NCBI GenBank assembly: GCA_965223845.1
Contig: CBDCXR010000004.1
Span: forward strand, 4,768,001-4,832,000
From: Planctomycetota bacterium
Lineage (GTDB): Bacteria > Planctomycetota > UBA8108 > SXIK01
Length of the DNA stretch: 64,000 nucleotides
Direction: 5' to 3'
Shown here: piece by piece, positions 8,682 to 18,000 of the stretch
Numbering within the stretch: position 1 is the first letter of the stretch
Layout of the letters: each line of letters begins with the position of its first letter
Notes under the pieces: generated by a model
Told to the model about the DNA's origin: nothing
Seen by the model: the letters and a program-made list of their open reading frames with translations, nothing else
The model's database searches: none
Translations under genes and position numbers: made by a program

Positions 8682-9716
8682 CTACGCCCCCCGCGGTTTC
8701 GGGGCGGCCGACGGGTCTTGCGGCGACTCGACTCGACGGCGCGCGACGTCCTCTCGCCACCACTCGCGCCAGCGCTTCACGTCGGTCCCGAACTCCTGCC
8801 GCGAGATCTTGAACATGACGCGCAGCCGAGCGCGAAGCTCGACGCGACGTACGTGGACGTCGGCGACGACTCCAGTACTGCTCGTTCGAATGACCGGATC
8901 CGCGACTTCGACGATCGAAAACCCCGCGCCGCCCGATACGAGCTCGTAGTCGCCGATGTAAGAGCGCTGGGTCCCGCGAAAGATGACCGCGCGGCCGAAT
9001 CCCGACCAAGACATTTCGAGACTGCCGATGAGATCGGGCATCACGCGTCGACTCGGAAAGACGGAGAGCGCGTTGGCCGCGTAGGTGCGCTGGCGCGACG
9101 AGGAACTGCGCAGAAACGGTGCGAATCGCTGCGCGATCGAGTCCTTCGTCGCCGGCAAGTTCTGCAGCGCCGATAGGCTGCCGTCCCGAACGCTGCGGTA
9201 GCGATCGCGGACCGCGGCCTCGACGAGCGGCTGGACCGCGATGTTCGATTTCGACGCGCCGAGCTCGCGCGCGGCGAGGAGGCGCGCCTCCTTCTTCGTA
9301 CTCTTCGCGAGGGTATGCGCGAGGCAATCGACACGATACGCCGGTGCGAGCGCCGAAAACTTTGCCTTGGCGTCTTCCGCTTTCTTGCCTCCCTTCACCC
9401 AGGTCTCGAGCTGGCGCATGGCGGTTCGCCGGCGCTTTTCCGTCTCCTTGCGGAGAGTGCGCACTTTCTCCGCAAGAGTCACCGTCTCGCCGCGAAACTC
9501 GACCATCTCCTTCCGTCGAGTGATCTTGGCGACGTCCTTCCCGCGGATGAAGACGACATCGCCTTCCTCTCGCGTGATGCGGTAGTCGCTCCCAACCTTC
9601 GTCAGGCCGAATCCGCGGACGCGGCGGCCGCTTTTCAGCTCGACCACATCCGCCGAAACGAGCGGAGCGAGCAGGAGCACGACGAGTACGGGTGCCGCTA
9701 GGCGATCGAATCTCAT
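8682..9716 (-). CDS. Secreted HEAT-repeat protein
   Basis: Signal peptide; DVVELKSG N-terminal motif; ARLLAARELG and VRDGSLSAL HEAT-like repeats; GGAGG RBS. Confidence 0.7.
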   Translation of the reverse strand: MRFDRLAAPVLVVLLLAPLVSADVVELKSGRRVRGFGLTKVGSDYRITREEGDVVFIRGKDVAKITRRKEMVEFRGETVTLAEKVRTLRKETEKRRRTAMRQLETWVKGGKKAEDAKAKFSALAPAYRVDCLAHTLAKSTKKEARLLAARELGASKSNIAVQPLVEAAVRDRYRSVRDGSLSALQNLPATKDSIAQRFAPFLRSSSSRQRTYAANALSVFPSRRVMPDLIGSLEMSWSGFGRAVIFRGTQRSYIGDYELVSGGAGFSIVEVADPVIRTSSTGVVADVHVRRVELRARLRVMFKISRQEFGTDVKRWREWWREDVARRRVESPQDPSAAPKPRGA

Positions 9717-9900
9717 GGCAGGTACCTCCGGAGAGCAAACGTCACGGAAGGGAGCCGGAGATGCGATGGAACCCGCCGGTTGTCATCGTTTCGTCACACG
9801 GGGAGACGAGATCCGACATCTCGCAGCCACGACGCTCGATCGAGTCGCCGAGAGTCCGGGCGAGACCGAAAGGGCAAGGATTCGTCGACGCGCGGTCGAG

Positions 9901-10302
9901 CTACGAGCTCAAGACGACCGTCAAGCTCTTCTGGACGAGCTCGGCTCGGTTCGTGACGTCGAGCTTCCGATAGACGCGGCGCAGATGCGACGCGACGGTC
10001 GCGGTCTTGATGTCGAGCTCGCGCGCGATCTGGTGGTTGTGGAGGCCGACTCCGGCGAGACGAACCACCTCGCGCTCGCGGTCGGTGAGCGACTTGTGGT
10101 TGTCGCCTGCGACGCGGACGAGAAAAAACGTGGCGCCTGGGCGCTCTTCTTGCGCGAGGACCTCCGGCAGCCCCTCGAGCTCGGCGGCCACGGCAGCAGC
10201 CTCCTTCTCGGCGATCTTGACGAGCCGATGGAGGATCTCGTTCAGCCTCCGACGCGAAGCCGTCGCCTGGGGTTCCGCCCCTTCTGACTGCGGATTGACC
10301 AT
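9901..10302 (-). CDS. LuxR-type HTH transcriptional regulator (no receiver domain)
   Basis: LTDREREVVRLAGVGLHNHQIARELDIKTATVASHLRRVYRKL. Confidence 0.9.
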   Translation of the reverse strand: MVNPQSEGAEPQATASRRRLNEILHRLVKIAEKEAAAVAAELEGLPEVLAQEERPGATFFLVRVAGDNHKSLTDREREVVRLAGVGLHNHQIARELDIKTATVASHLRRVYRKLDVTNRAELVQKSLTVVLSS

Positions 10303-10596
10303 GTGTCTGCTCCGGAATGACCGGTTTCTACTCCCCGAATGAACGGGTTGCCCCTAACGGGTCAGCCGACCTTCCCACGTGGTGAATCTCCGTCGAGGGG
10401 GCATGGTACCTCGCTTTCGTCGGCGGATGCAATGGATGGAGCACAGAAAATGTCCCAGCGGACGACGAATTGATCACCTTCGGTGCAGCGCTGCGACGGC
10501 TCGACCTGGAATCCTCCGCCGCAGTCCAAGCGTCAACCCCCGCCTAGTAAGGAAGATAGGTCCGATCTGACTACGTCTGAACGCCTCCTTGAGTCA

Positions 10597-10610
10597 GGTA
10601 CAAACCTTGC
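10597..10610 (+). promoter_or_regulatory. sigma54 (-24/-12) promoter
   Basis: GG-TACAAACCTT-GC, 54 bp upstream of ATG 10664 (AGGAGG RBS). Confidence 0.7.
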
Positions 10611-10663
10611 CCCGCGACGAGCCGGGCAAGGTTTGACCGTCTCACACCCACAGGAGGATCTTC

Positions 10664-11020
10664 ATGCGTGGCGCATTGGCGATCGTAGCGGTTGTGCTCG
10701 CTTCTTCAGTAGCGAATGCTCAAACCGGTGATCTGGAAGAGATCATCGGGAAGCGAGGCGACGCGAACAACGACGATTCAGTGAATGTTTCCGATCTAGT
10801 TTTTCTTCTCAACTATCTGTCGGGTGGTCCGACCCCAACCTGCATGGTCCAGGCAGACGTAAACGATGATGGCAGCGTAAACATCGCGGATACCGCGTAC
10901 CTGTCAAACTGGCTGTTGTCGAGCGGACCAGCTCCGCCCGCACCGGGCCCAGTCAATCCAAACTGCGACCCTGACACAACCCCAGCCTGGCTCGGGTGCT
11001 ACTACTACTATTGTGAGTAG
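10664..11020 (+). CDS. Small secreted dockerin-only protein
   Basis: Signal peptide (ANA-Q), RGDANNDDSVNVSD...C..ADVNDDGSVNIAD...DPD..C; strong RBS. Confidence 0.85.
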   Translation: MRGALAIVAVVLASSVANAQTGDLEEIIGKRGDANNDDSVNVSDLVFLLNYLSGGPTPTCMVQADVNDDGSVNIADTAYLSNWLLSSGPAPPAPGPVNPNCDPDTTPAWLGCYYYYCE

Positions 11021-11059
11021 CTGGATCCGTCGCGGTTGTCGCGGTTCCGAGGTTTTCGT

Positions 11060-11893
11060 ATGATTGCGAAAACCTCGGAATCAGCACCAGTGACAGATCC
11101 TCCTAGCGACCTCCTGCCCCGCCCCGACGATGCGCTTCCCCCCGGCTGGCTGCAGCTGTATTTAGGTGAAGCAGAGCTCAATCGAGCGTTCGAGGCTCTC
11201 GAACATCGGAATCACTTTCACACGTTTACGATGCGCGGGCGCATTCGGATGACGCAGCTCCGTTTCGAGGAAGCGTGGAATCTCTTCGACGAGGCGACGA
11301 GGCGTCTTCCCCCGAACGAAACCGTCACTGACCTCGTTCGGGCGTTTATTCTCGAGTTCTACAAGTTCGAGACCCTCCTGATCCAAAGCGAAGAGCTCGT
11401 TGAGCTCGACGAGGGCGTCGAATCGTTCATCCCGGTACTCCCGGAAGAGCTCGCGGATCGCTATCCCGAGGTGCAGCTCGCGATTTGGCTGCGACAGTCG
11501 GCCGATGGTCTCTACTGGCTCAATCGCGGCGATTCAGAACGTGCGCTTCGAGTGTTCGGATCGCTCACCCAAGTCAAGCCGGATGCGACAACCTTCACCA
11601 GCATTCACCTTGCGTGCTGCTACTTCAATCTCGGCCAGTTCGACCAAGGTCTCGCCCTGCTTGAATCAGCCGGTTTCGGTTGTCGCACCTGCAAGTGGCG
11701 ACTCAACGAGCTTCACTCCGCGACGTTGATCGCCGCCCTCTACGATTGGCTCGAAGCGCGACGCGAAGCTGCGGAATGGAACGCGTACGTCGACCGACTC
11801 GAATGCCCATCGGCGACCAAAGAGACCTTTCGCGACCGCGCTCGTCTCATCCTCCTCCGCCGCGAGCAGTACTCGCGGTTTGCGGTCGTCTGA
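11060..11893 (+). CDS. Hypothetical helical / TPR-like protein
   Basis: TPR-like segments (HLACCYFNLGQFDQGLALLE; RGRIRMTQLRFEEAWNLF). Start uncertain. Confidence 0.7.
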   Translation: MIAKTSESAPVTDPPSDLLPRPDDALPPGWLQLYLGEAELNRAFEALEHRNHFHTFTMRGRIRMTQLRFEEAWNLFDEATRRLPPNETVTDLVRAFILEFYKFETLLIQSEELVELDEGVESFIPVLPEELADRYPEVQLAIWLRQSADGLYWLNRGDSERALRVFGSLTQVKPDATTFTSIHLACCYFNLGQFDQGLALLESAGFGCRTCKWRLNELHSATLIAALYDWLEARREAAEWNAYVDRLECPSATKETFRDRARLILLRREQYSRFAVV

Positions 11894-11900
11894 CCCCGCC

Positions 11901-13067
11901 CTACTCGACCTCGAGCTCGACCGCGATGCGATCCGCGGCCGCCCAGCCTCGCCGCGTGAGACGCAGGGATTCGGTGTCCACCGTCGCGAGCCCGCTCGCG
12001 ACGAGCCGTTCGATCGTCGAGCGATTGAGCGCCGCGATGTCGACACCGAAGCGCGCCTGAAAATCGCGGAGCTCGACGCCGCGGGAGGTCCGAAGCCCGA
12101 GAAGGAGCGCCTCGAGCGCTAGTTGCCGCCGCGTGAGCGTTTCCTTGCCCGCGACGGGAAGCGATCCTCGCTCCACTCGTGCCGCCCAGTCGGCCACGGA
12201 ACGCTCATTCCACCATCGCCTCTCACCGTCGAACGAGTGGGCGGACGGCCCGATCCCCAGGTACGGGGCGTGGGCCCAGTACTTCTGATTGTGCACCGAG
12301 CGCGACTCCGGCCTCCGCGCGAAGTTCGAGACCTCGTAGGCCTCGAAGCCGGCCTCCACGAGGGCGCGGTGCGTCTCGACGAAGAACGTGTTCTGCTCGT
12401 CCTCGTCGAGCTCGGTGAGGCGACCTTTCTCGCGCCGGACGCCGAACGGCGTTCCGGCCGTCACCGTGAGCTGGTAGGCGGAGACGTGATCCGGCTCGGT
12501 CTCGACGGTGTCTCCGAGCGAACGCGACCACGCGCTGATCTCCTGCTCCGGAAGACCGTAGATGAGGTCGACGGAGACGATCGGGAATGCGGCCTCGTGT
12601 GCGCGCGCGATCGCCGCACGCGCCTCGTCTGCGGAGTGCCGCCGGCCGAGGAACGCGAGCTCGGAGTCGACGAACGACTGGACACCGAGGCTCACCGTCC
12701 GGACGCCGAGGTCGCGCCACGCCCGGAGTGCGTCCGGCCGCGCGTCCTCCGGATTGATTTCGAACGAAATCCACGCGCCCTCGTCGACCGCGAGGTGACG
12801 GCGCAGCGCCGCGAGCACTCGCTCGAGCTCGACCGCCTCGAGCATCGACGGCGTCCCGCCGCCGAAGTAGATCGTGTCGAACGCCAGCGCGCGCGACAGC
12901 TCAGCGTCCCCGAGGAGCTCGATCTCCCGGATGAGAACCTCGACGAACGCGGCCCGAGCCGCTCGTGACCCGGTCGTCACCGCGAAGTCGCAGTACGGAC
13001 ATATCGCCGAGCAGAAGGGCACGTGCACGTAGAGCCCGGCGCCGCGGCGAACCGCGTCGTCGCTCAT
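11901..13067 (-). CDS. hemW: Radical SAM heme chaperone HemW
   Basis: YVHVPFCSAICPYCDF, TIYFGGGTPS, YEVSNFA, HNQKYW; ATGA overlap with lepA. Confidence 0.92.
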   Translation of the reverse strand: MSDDAVRRGAGLYVHVPFCSAICPYCDFAVTTGSRAARAAFVEVLIREIELLGDAELSRALAFDTIYFGGGTPSMLEAVELERVLAALRRHLAVDEGAWISFEINPEDARPDALRAWRDLGVRTVSLGVQSFVDSELAFLGRRHSADEARAAIARAHEAAFPIVSVDLIYGLPEQEISAWSRSLGDTVETEPDHVSAYQLTVTAGTPFGVRREKGRLTELDEDEQNTFFVETHRALVEAGFEAYEVSNFARRPESRSVHNQKYWAHAPYLGIGPSAHSFDGERRWWNERSVADWAARVERGSLPVAGKETLTRRQLALEALLLGLRTSRGVELRDFQARFGVDIAALNRSTIERLVASGLATVDTESLRLTRRGWAAADRIAVELEVE

Positions 13068-14863
13068 TGCTCCGTATCGGTGCGGAGCACGGCGACGAAG
13101 GCCTCCTGCGGGATCTCGACCGAGCCGACCATCTTCATCTTGTGCTTCCCCTTCTTCTGCTTCTCGAGGAGCTTCCGCTTCCGCGTGATGTCGCCGCCGT
13201 AGCACTTGGCGGTGACATCCTTCCGGAATGCGTTGATGGTGGTCCGCGCGATGACGTTGCCGCCGATCGCGCCCTGGATCGGGATCTTGAACTGCTGGCG
13301 GGGAATCGCCTTCGCGAGCTGTTCGCAGTAGTGAAGAGCTCGCGTTCGCGCCTTGTCCGCGTGGACGAGGTAGGAGAGCGCGTCGACCTTTTCCTTGTTG
13401 ACGAGGATGTCGACCTTGACGATATCGCCGACGCGGTAGTCGAGCTCGACGTAGTCGAAGGATCCGTAGCCGCGGGTGACCGTCTTCAGCTTGTCGTAGA
13501 AGTCGAAGAGAACCTCGCCGAGCGGCATCTCGCTGATCACCTCGCAGCGCCCGACGGCGAGGTAGTTCATCTTTACGTGCGCCGAGCGATGCTCGCGGCA
13601 GAGCTGCATCACGGCGCCGAGAAACTTCTCCGGCACGAGAATCGACGCCCGGATGTACGGCTCTTCGACCTCTTCGATGTCGCCGGGATCAGGCCAGTAG
13701 TAAGGATTGTCGACCTCCGGCGTGGAGCCGTCCTTCAGCTTCAGCTTGTAGTGGACCGACGGAGCCGAAAGGATGAGCGACATCCCGAATTCGCGCTGGA
13801 GCCGCTCTTGCACGACGTCGAGGTGGAGGAGCCCGAGAAAGCCGCAGCGAAAACCGAAGCCGAGAGCCGTCGACGAGTCCTTCTCGTATACGAGAGCCGC
13901 GTCATTGAGCGAGAGCTTTTCGAGCGCGCGCTGGAGATCCTGGTAGTCGTTCGTCACCATCGGATAGATCGACGAAAACACGACGGGCTTCGCTTCCTGA
14001 TAGCCGGGGATCGGCGCGTCAGCCGGGTTTGACTTGAGCGTGACGGTATCGCCGATGTTGATGTCGCGGATCGTCTTGATCCCGGCGATGACGTAGCCGA
14101 CGTCGCCCGCGACGAGCTCGGCCGTCTTGTTCCGCTTGATCTGGTTGAGCCCGACCTCCTCCACCTGGTAGTCGCGCTCGGTGTGCATGAAGTGGATCTC
14201 GTCGCCGGCCTTGAGTCGGCCGCTGCGAATGCGACAGAGCAGCACGACGCCGCGGTAGGCGTCGTAGTACGCGTCGAATATGAGCGCCTGGAGCGGCGCC
14301 TCGGGATCGCCAGTCGGGGGCGGCAGCTTCTCGACGATGCTTTCGAGGACATCCTCGATCCCGATTCCGTTCTTGGCCGAAATCGGGATAGCTTCGAAGG
14401 GGTCGAGGCCGAGATCGGCATCAATCTCTTCCCGGACGCGCTCGACGTCCGCCGCCGGGAGATCGATCTTGTTGATCACGGGCAGCATTTCGAGCTCGTA
14501 CTCGAGCGCGATGTAGAGGTTCGCGACCGTCTGCGCTTCGACGCCCTGGCTCGCGTCGACGATGATGATCGCCCCCTCGCAGGACATGAGGGAGCGGCGG
14601 ACCTCGTGGGAGAAGTCGACGTGTCCCGGCGTGTCGATCAGGTTGAGGGTGTACTCTTCGCCGTTCTTGGCGCGGTACTTGAGGGTGATCGTATTGCTCT
14701 TGATCGTGATGCCGCGCTCGCGCTCGATGTCCATCGAGTCGAGGATCTGATCACGAAATTGCCGCTCCTCGACGCCACCGCAGGTCTGGATGAGCCGGTC
14801 GGCGAGCGTCGACTTGCCGTGATCGATGTGCGCGATGATGCAGAAGTTGCGCGTCTTCTCCAT
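13064..14863 (-). CDS. lepA: Elongation factor 4
   Basis: RNFCIIAHIDHGKSTLADR, DTPGHVDF, KDVTAKCYGGDITRKRKLLEKQK. Confidence 0.98.
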   Translation of the reverse strand: MEKTRNFCIIAHIDHGKSTLADRLIQTCGGVEERQFRDQILDSMDIERERGITIKSNTITLKYRAKNGEEYTLNLIDTPGHVDFSHEVRRSLMSCEGAIIIVDASQGVEAQTVANLYIALEYELEMLPVINKIDLPAADVERVREEIDADLGLDPFEAIPISAKNGIGIEDVLESIVEKLPPPTGDPEAPLQALIFDAYYDAYRGVVLLCRIRSGRLKAGDEIHFMHTERDYQVEEVGLNQIKRNKTAELVAGDVGYVIAGIKTIRDINIGDTVTLKSNPADAPIPGYQEAKPVVFSSIYPMVTNDYQDLQRALEKLSLNDAALVYEKDSSTALGFGFRCGFLGLLHLDVVQERLQREFGMSLILSAPSVHYKLKLKDGSTPEVDNPYYWPDPGDIEEVEEPYIRASILVPEKFLGAVMQLCREHRSAHVKMNYLAVGRCEVISEMPLGEVLFDFYDKLKTVTRGYGSFDYVELDYRVGDIVKVDILVNKEKVDALSYLVHADKARTRALHYCEQLAKAIPRQQFKIPIQGAIGGNVIARTTINAFRKDVTAKCYGGDITRKRKLLEKQKKGKHKMKMVGSVEIPQEAFVAVLRTDTEQ

Positions 14864-15066
14864 GTCGATCCTAGAGGACCACTCTCTCGCAAAAGCTCGC
14901 TCGCCGGGCCCCCCGGGCTTCGAATCACCGTCCCGGCCGGGAGTGGGGTCGGATCGGCGTTCGGACCGCCGCTCCGGAAGGCCATCGTTCGCCGCTCCCC
15001 CGACGCGGCGGATTAGAACGTGGCGATTATAGATGCGGCGACTCGCCCTTCAAGCGGCAGCTGCGA

Positions 15067-18000
15067 TCACTCGCAGACGTCGGGACACCCGACGACGGGA
15101 CGACAGCTCACCCCGCCGTTCGGCGGCGGCCCGTTCGTGAACAGGTAGTTGAGGAGATAGACGACGTCGGAGACGTCGACGCCGTCGTCGCCGTTCACGT
15201 CGAGGACGGCGCGGTTCCCCTCGCCCGCGAAGTCGTCCGTCTCGCAGGGGAACACTCCCACGTTTCCGAAGAGCCGCCGGAGCAGCGCGAGTCCGTCGGA
15301 CACGTCGAGGCGAGCGTCCTGATTCGCGTCGCCGGTCCGCTGGAAGCCGGAAGGCGGCGGCGGGTCCCCCTCTCCGGATCCGGGAGTTCCGTCGACGACG
15401 CCTCCGATCATCCAGCTCGCCGCGTCGTTCCACGAGTCGGGCGCAGCACCGAGATCACGGATGACGAGCGAGCTGCCCGCACCGTCCGTCTCCGGGTACC
15501 AGTCGTCGCGATAGGCGAACTGAAGAATGGGCTCGCCGATACCATCGATGAGGAGGATGGATTCACCCCCGTTGTCGAGACTGCCGGTGTACGACCCCGC
15601 GACGAGGATCGTCGACGTGTCGTAGAACCAAGAGAACGCCTCGAGATCGCGCACCACCACGAGGAACTCGCCCGCGCCGAGGCGGTCGACATCGCCCGTC
15701 GTGAAATCGAAGAAGATCCCCCCGGCGAATTCGACGCCCGCGAGATCGACGGGAACGTTGCCGATGTTGACGATCTCGATGAACTCGAGCTGACCGCCGG
15801 CGTACGGGCTTCCCCCGGGGAGATCCTGCGGATGGTAGTGAACCTCCGAGATGCGAAGCGGTAGATCGGACTCGAGGACGAAGACTTCGTCCGTCGGTGC
15901 GCTCCACTCGCCGCCGCTCTCCGCGCGCGCGATCACGTGCGTGGCTTCGCCGAGGATCACGGCATCCCCCTCGAACGCGGTCGACGCGACGAGGACTGGC
16001 TCGATGAGAAAATCGCTGCTCCCGATGCTCTCGTTGAGGCCGTGGATCGCGAGGACGTTGCCGCCGTCCCGCAGCGCGGCGACGCCGTCGGAAGCGTTCA
16101 AGGACTCGAACTGAACCGCGGCCGAGTCGTCGTGAAGCCCGGTCGCGGACGAATTCCAGGCGAGCAGTGCCGGCGAGTTGGCCGACGCGACGCGCGTGCC
16201 GTTGATGTACGCAACGAAGCCGTCGTCGTAGCGCATGCGAAGCGTCAGGTTCTCGACGGCGTCGGCGTCCGCGACCTCGAACGGAATCCGGACATAGACG
16301 GTCGGATTGACGTCGTCCATGACCGCCTCGACGTCGACGTCGATGTAGCTCTCGTATCCGGAACCCGTCTCGTAGCCAACGCCGACCCCGGTTGTACCGA
16401 CGTCCCAGCCGGAGTCGTCGAACGCGAACTCGGTCCACGTCGTCCCGAGGGTTCCGTTCGCGGGAACTAGAACGCGAACCTCGCTCGAAGCGGCCGAGGA
16501 AACGAGCGTCGTTCCCGCGGCCGAGCCGTACTCGATCGCCGCTGGCGATACATCGCCCCCGGAAAGTCGCGGATCGGATCCATCGAGGGTGTAGTAGATC
16601 GTGCCCACGGTGGCGTTCATGCGGAGCTCGAACCCAGGCGCGATCAGCCCACCGTCCTGATTGAACGTCGGCGCACCGAGAAAGTTACTGTCGATCCACC
16701 GGACACGCCCGTCGATCCAACCCTTCATCCAGTCGATCTCTTCGGCGTGGGTGTCCGCGACGTACCAGTTGGGCCAGACATCGACACCGAGAATGGCCCA
16801 GCGATCGAAATTTCGCACTTGCGATTCGGCGATGTCGGCGTTGTGGTCGTCGACGTCATCGAGAAGACGGTCCGTCCGGAAAGGCCCCCGCCGCAGCTCC
16901 GCCCAGCGATCGGTGTAGCGTTGGCGGAAGTTCGCGTCTTGAAAGAGCCGCGGGTACCACGGGTAGGCGTCGGCGCCGAGGAGCGAGTAGTACCAACCCG
17001 AAGTGATCCAGCCGTTGTTGTAGTCGGCGTTCCCGAGCGAGAGGTTGTAATCCCACGCCGGTCCCATCTTGATCCGATCGTCGCGGTCCTTGTAGTAGAA
17101 CGAGCTCAGGCGGTAGCCGTCGATGTTCTTTGTGAGCTCGACGAGGATGTGCGTGTCGATGAAGGAGTCCGGGTCGATGTACCTCGCGTAGCCGAGGTTC
17201 GGATCGGCAAAGTTACCGCCGCCCAGCGCTGATTCGAACGTGTTCAGGTGGCTGCGAAGCCAATCGGCCTGAGCCGAGGTGATCTCCTGCTCCTTCGGAT
17301 CGACGTAGGCGAGACGCTGCCCACTCGACGTCGTGAAGCCGCTGTCCCCGGGGTCGAGCCGGTCCTTCTTGAAGATGTAGCCGCCGGTGATCTCCGGGTT
17401 GCTGTTTTGCGTCGGGAGGAGCCTCTGGATCGCGACGCGTTCGTCATCGCGCTTGATCTTCTCCATGAGGACGTAGACGCCGATATAGTCGCCCGTCGCA
17501 ATCGACCCGCCGCCCGTATTCAGGTACGCCTCGACGAACCGCGTCCGCACGGTGTAGTGCCCCATCTTTCCGAACCACTCGTAGGAAAGAACGTTTCGCA
17601 TGAGCGACTTGTCGGAGTACGGCGCGTAGAGGATCCAATCGGACTCGCGGGGCATGCCGAGGAGCGAGACGGCGCGATCGTTGCTCGCGTCGTCCCAGAC
17701 TTCGAACGTCCATTGTTTCTTCGGAAATCCCGACGAGCTCGAGCCGCGCTGCTTCATTCCCGCGGCGCCTTGAAAGTGGGGTTCGGCGAGCATTTCCGCG
17801 CGCCCCGTCACTTCGTCCGTGTCGATGATCGCGGCGAAGACGGCGGTCTGCGCTCCGCTGCCGATGCCTTGACCGAACGTCTCGATGACGACGAGAGGAA
17901 GGTCTGAATCGAATCCGCCGAGCGTGCTCGACACGCGGAGGTACGTCTTCGTGATCGTCGGGCTCGGAAGGAGTCCGTCCTCGAACACCTTCACCTTGAG

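Noticed and set aside
11901-14863. lepA-hemW coupling as a novelty
   Set aside because: A well-known conserved gene pair.
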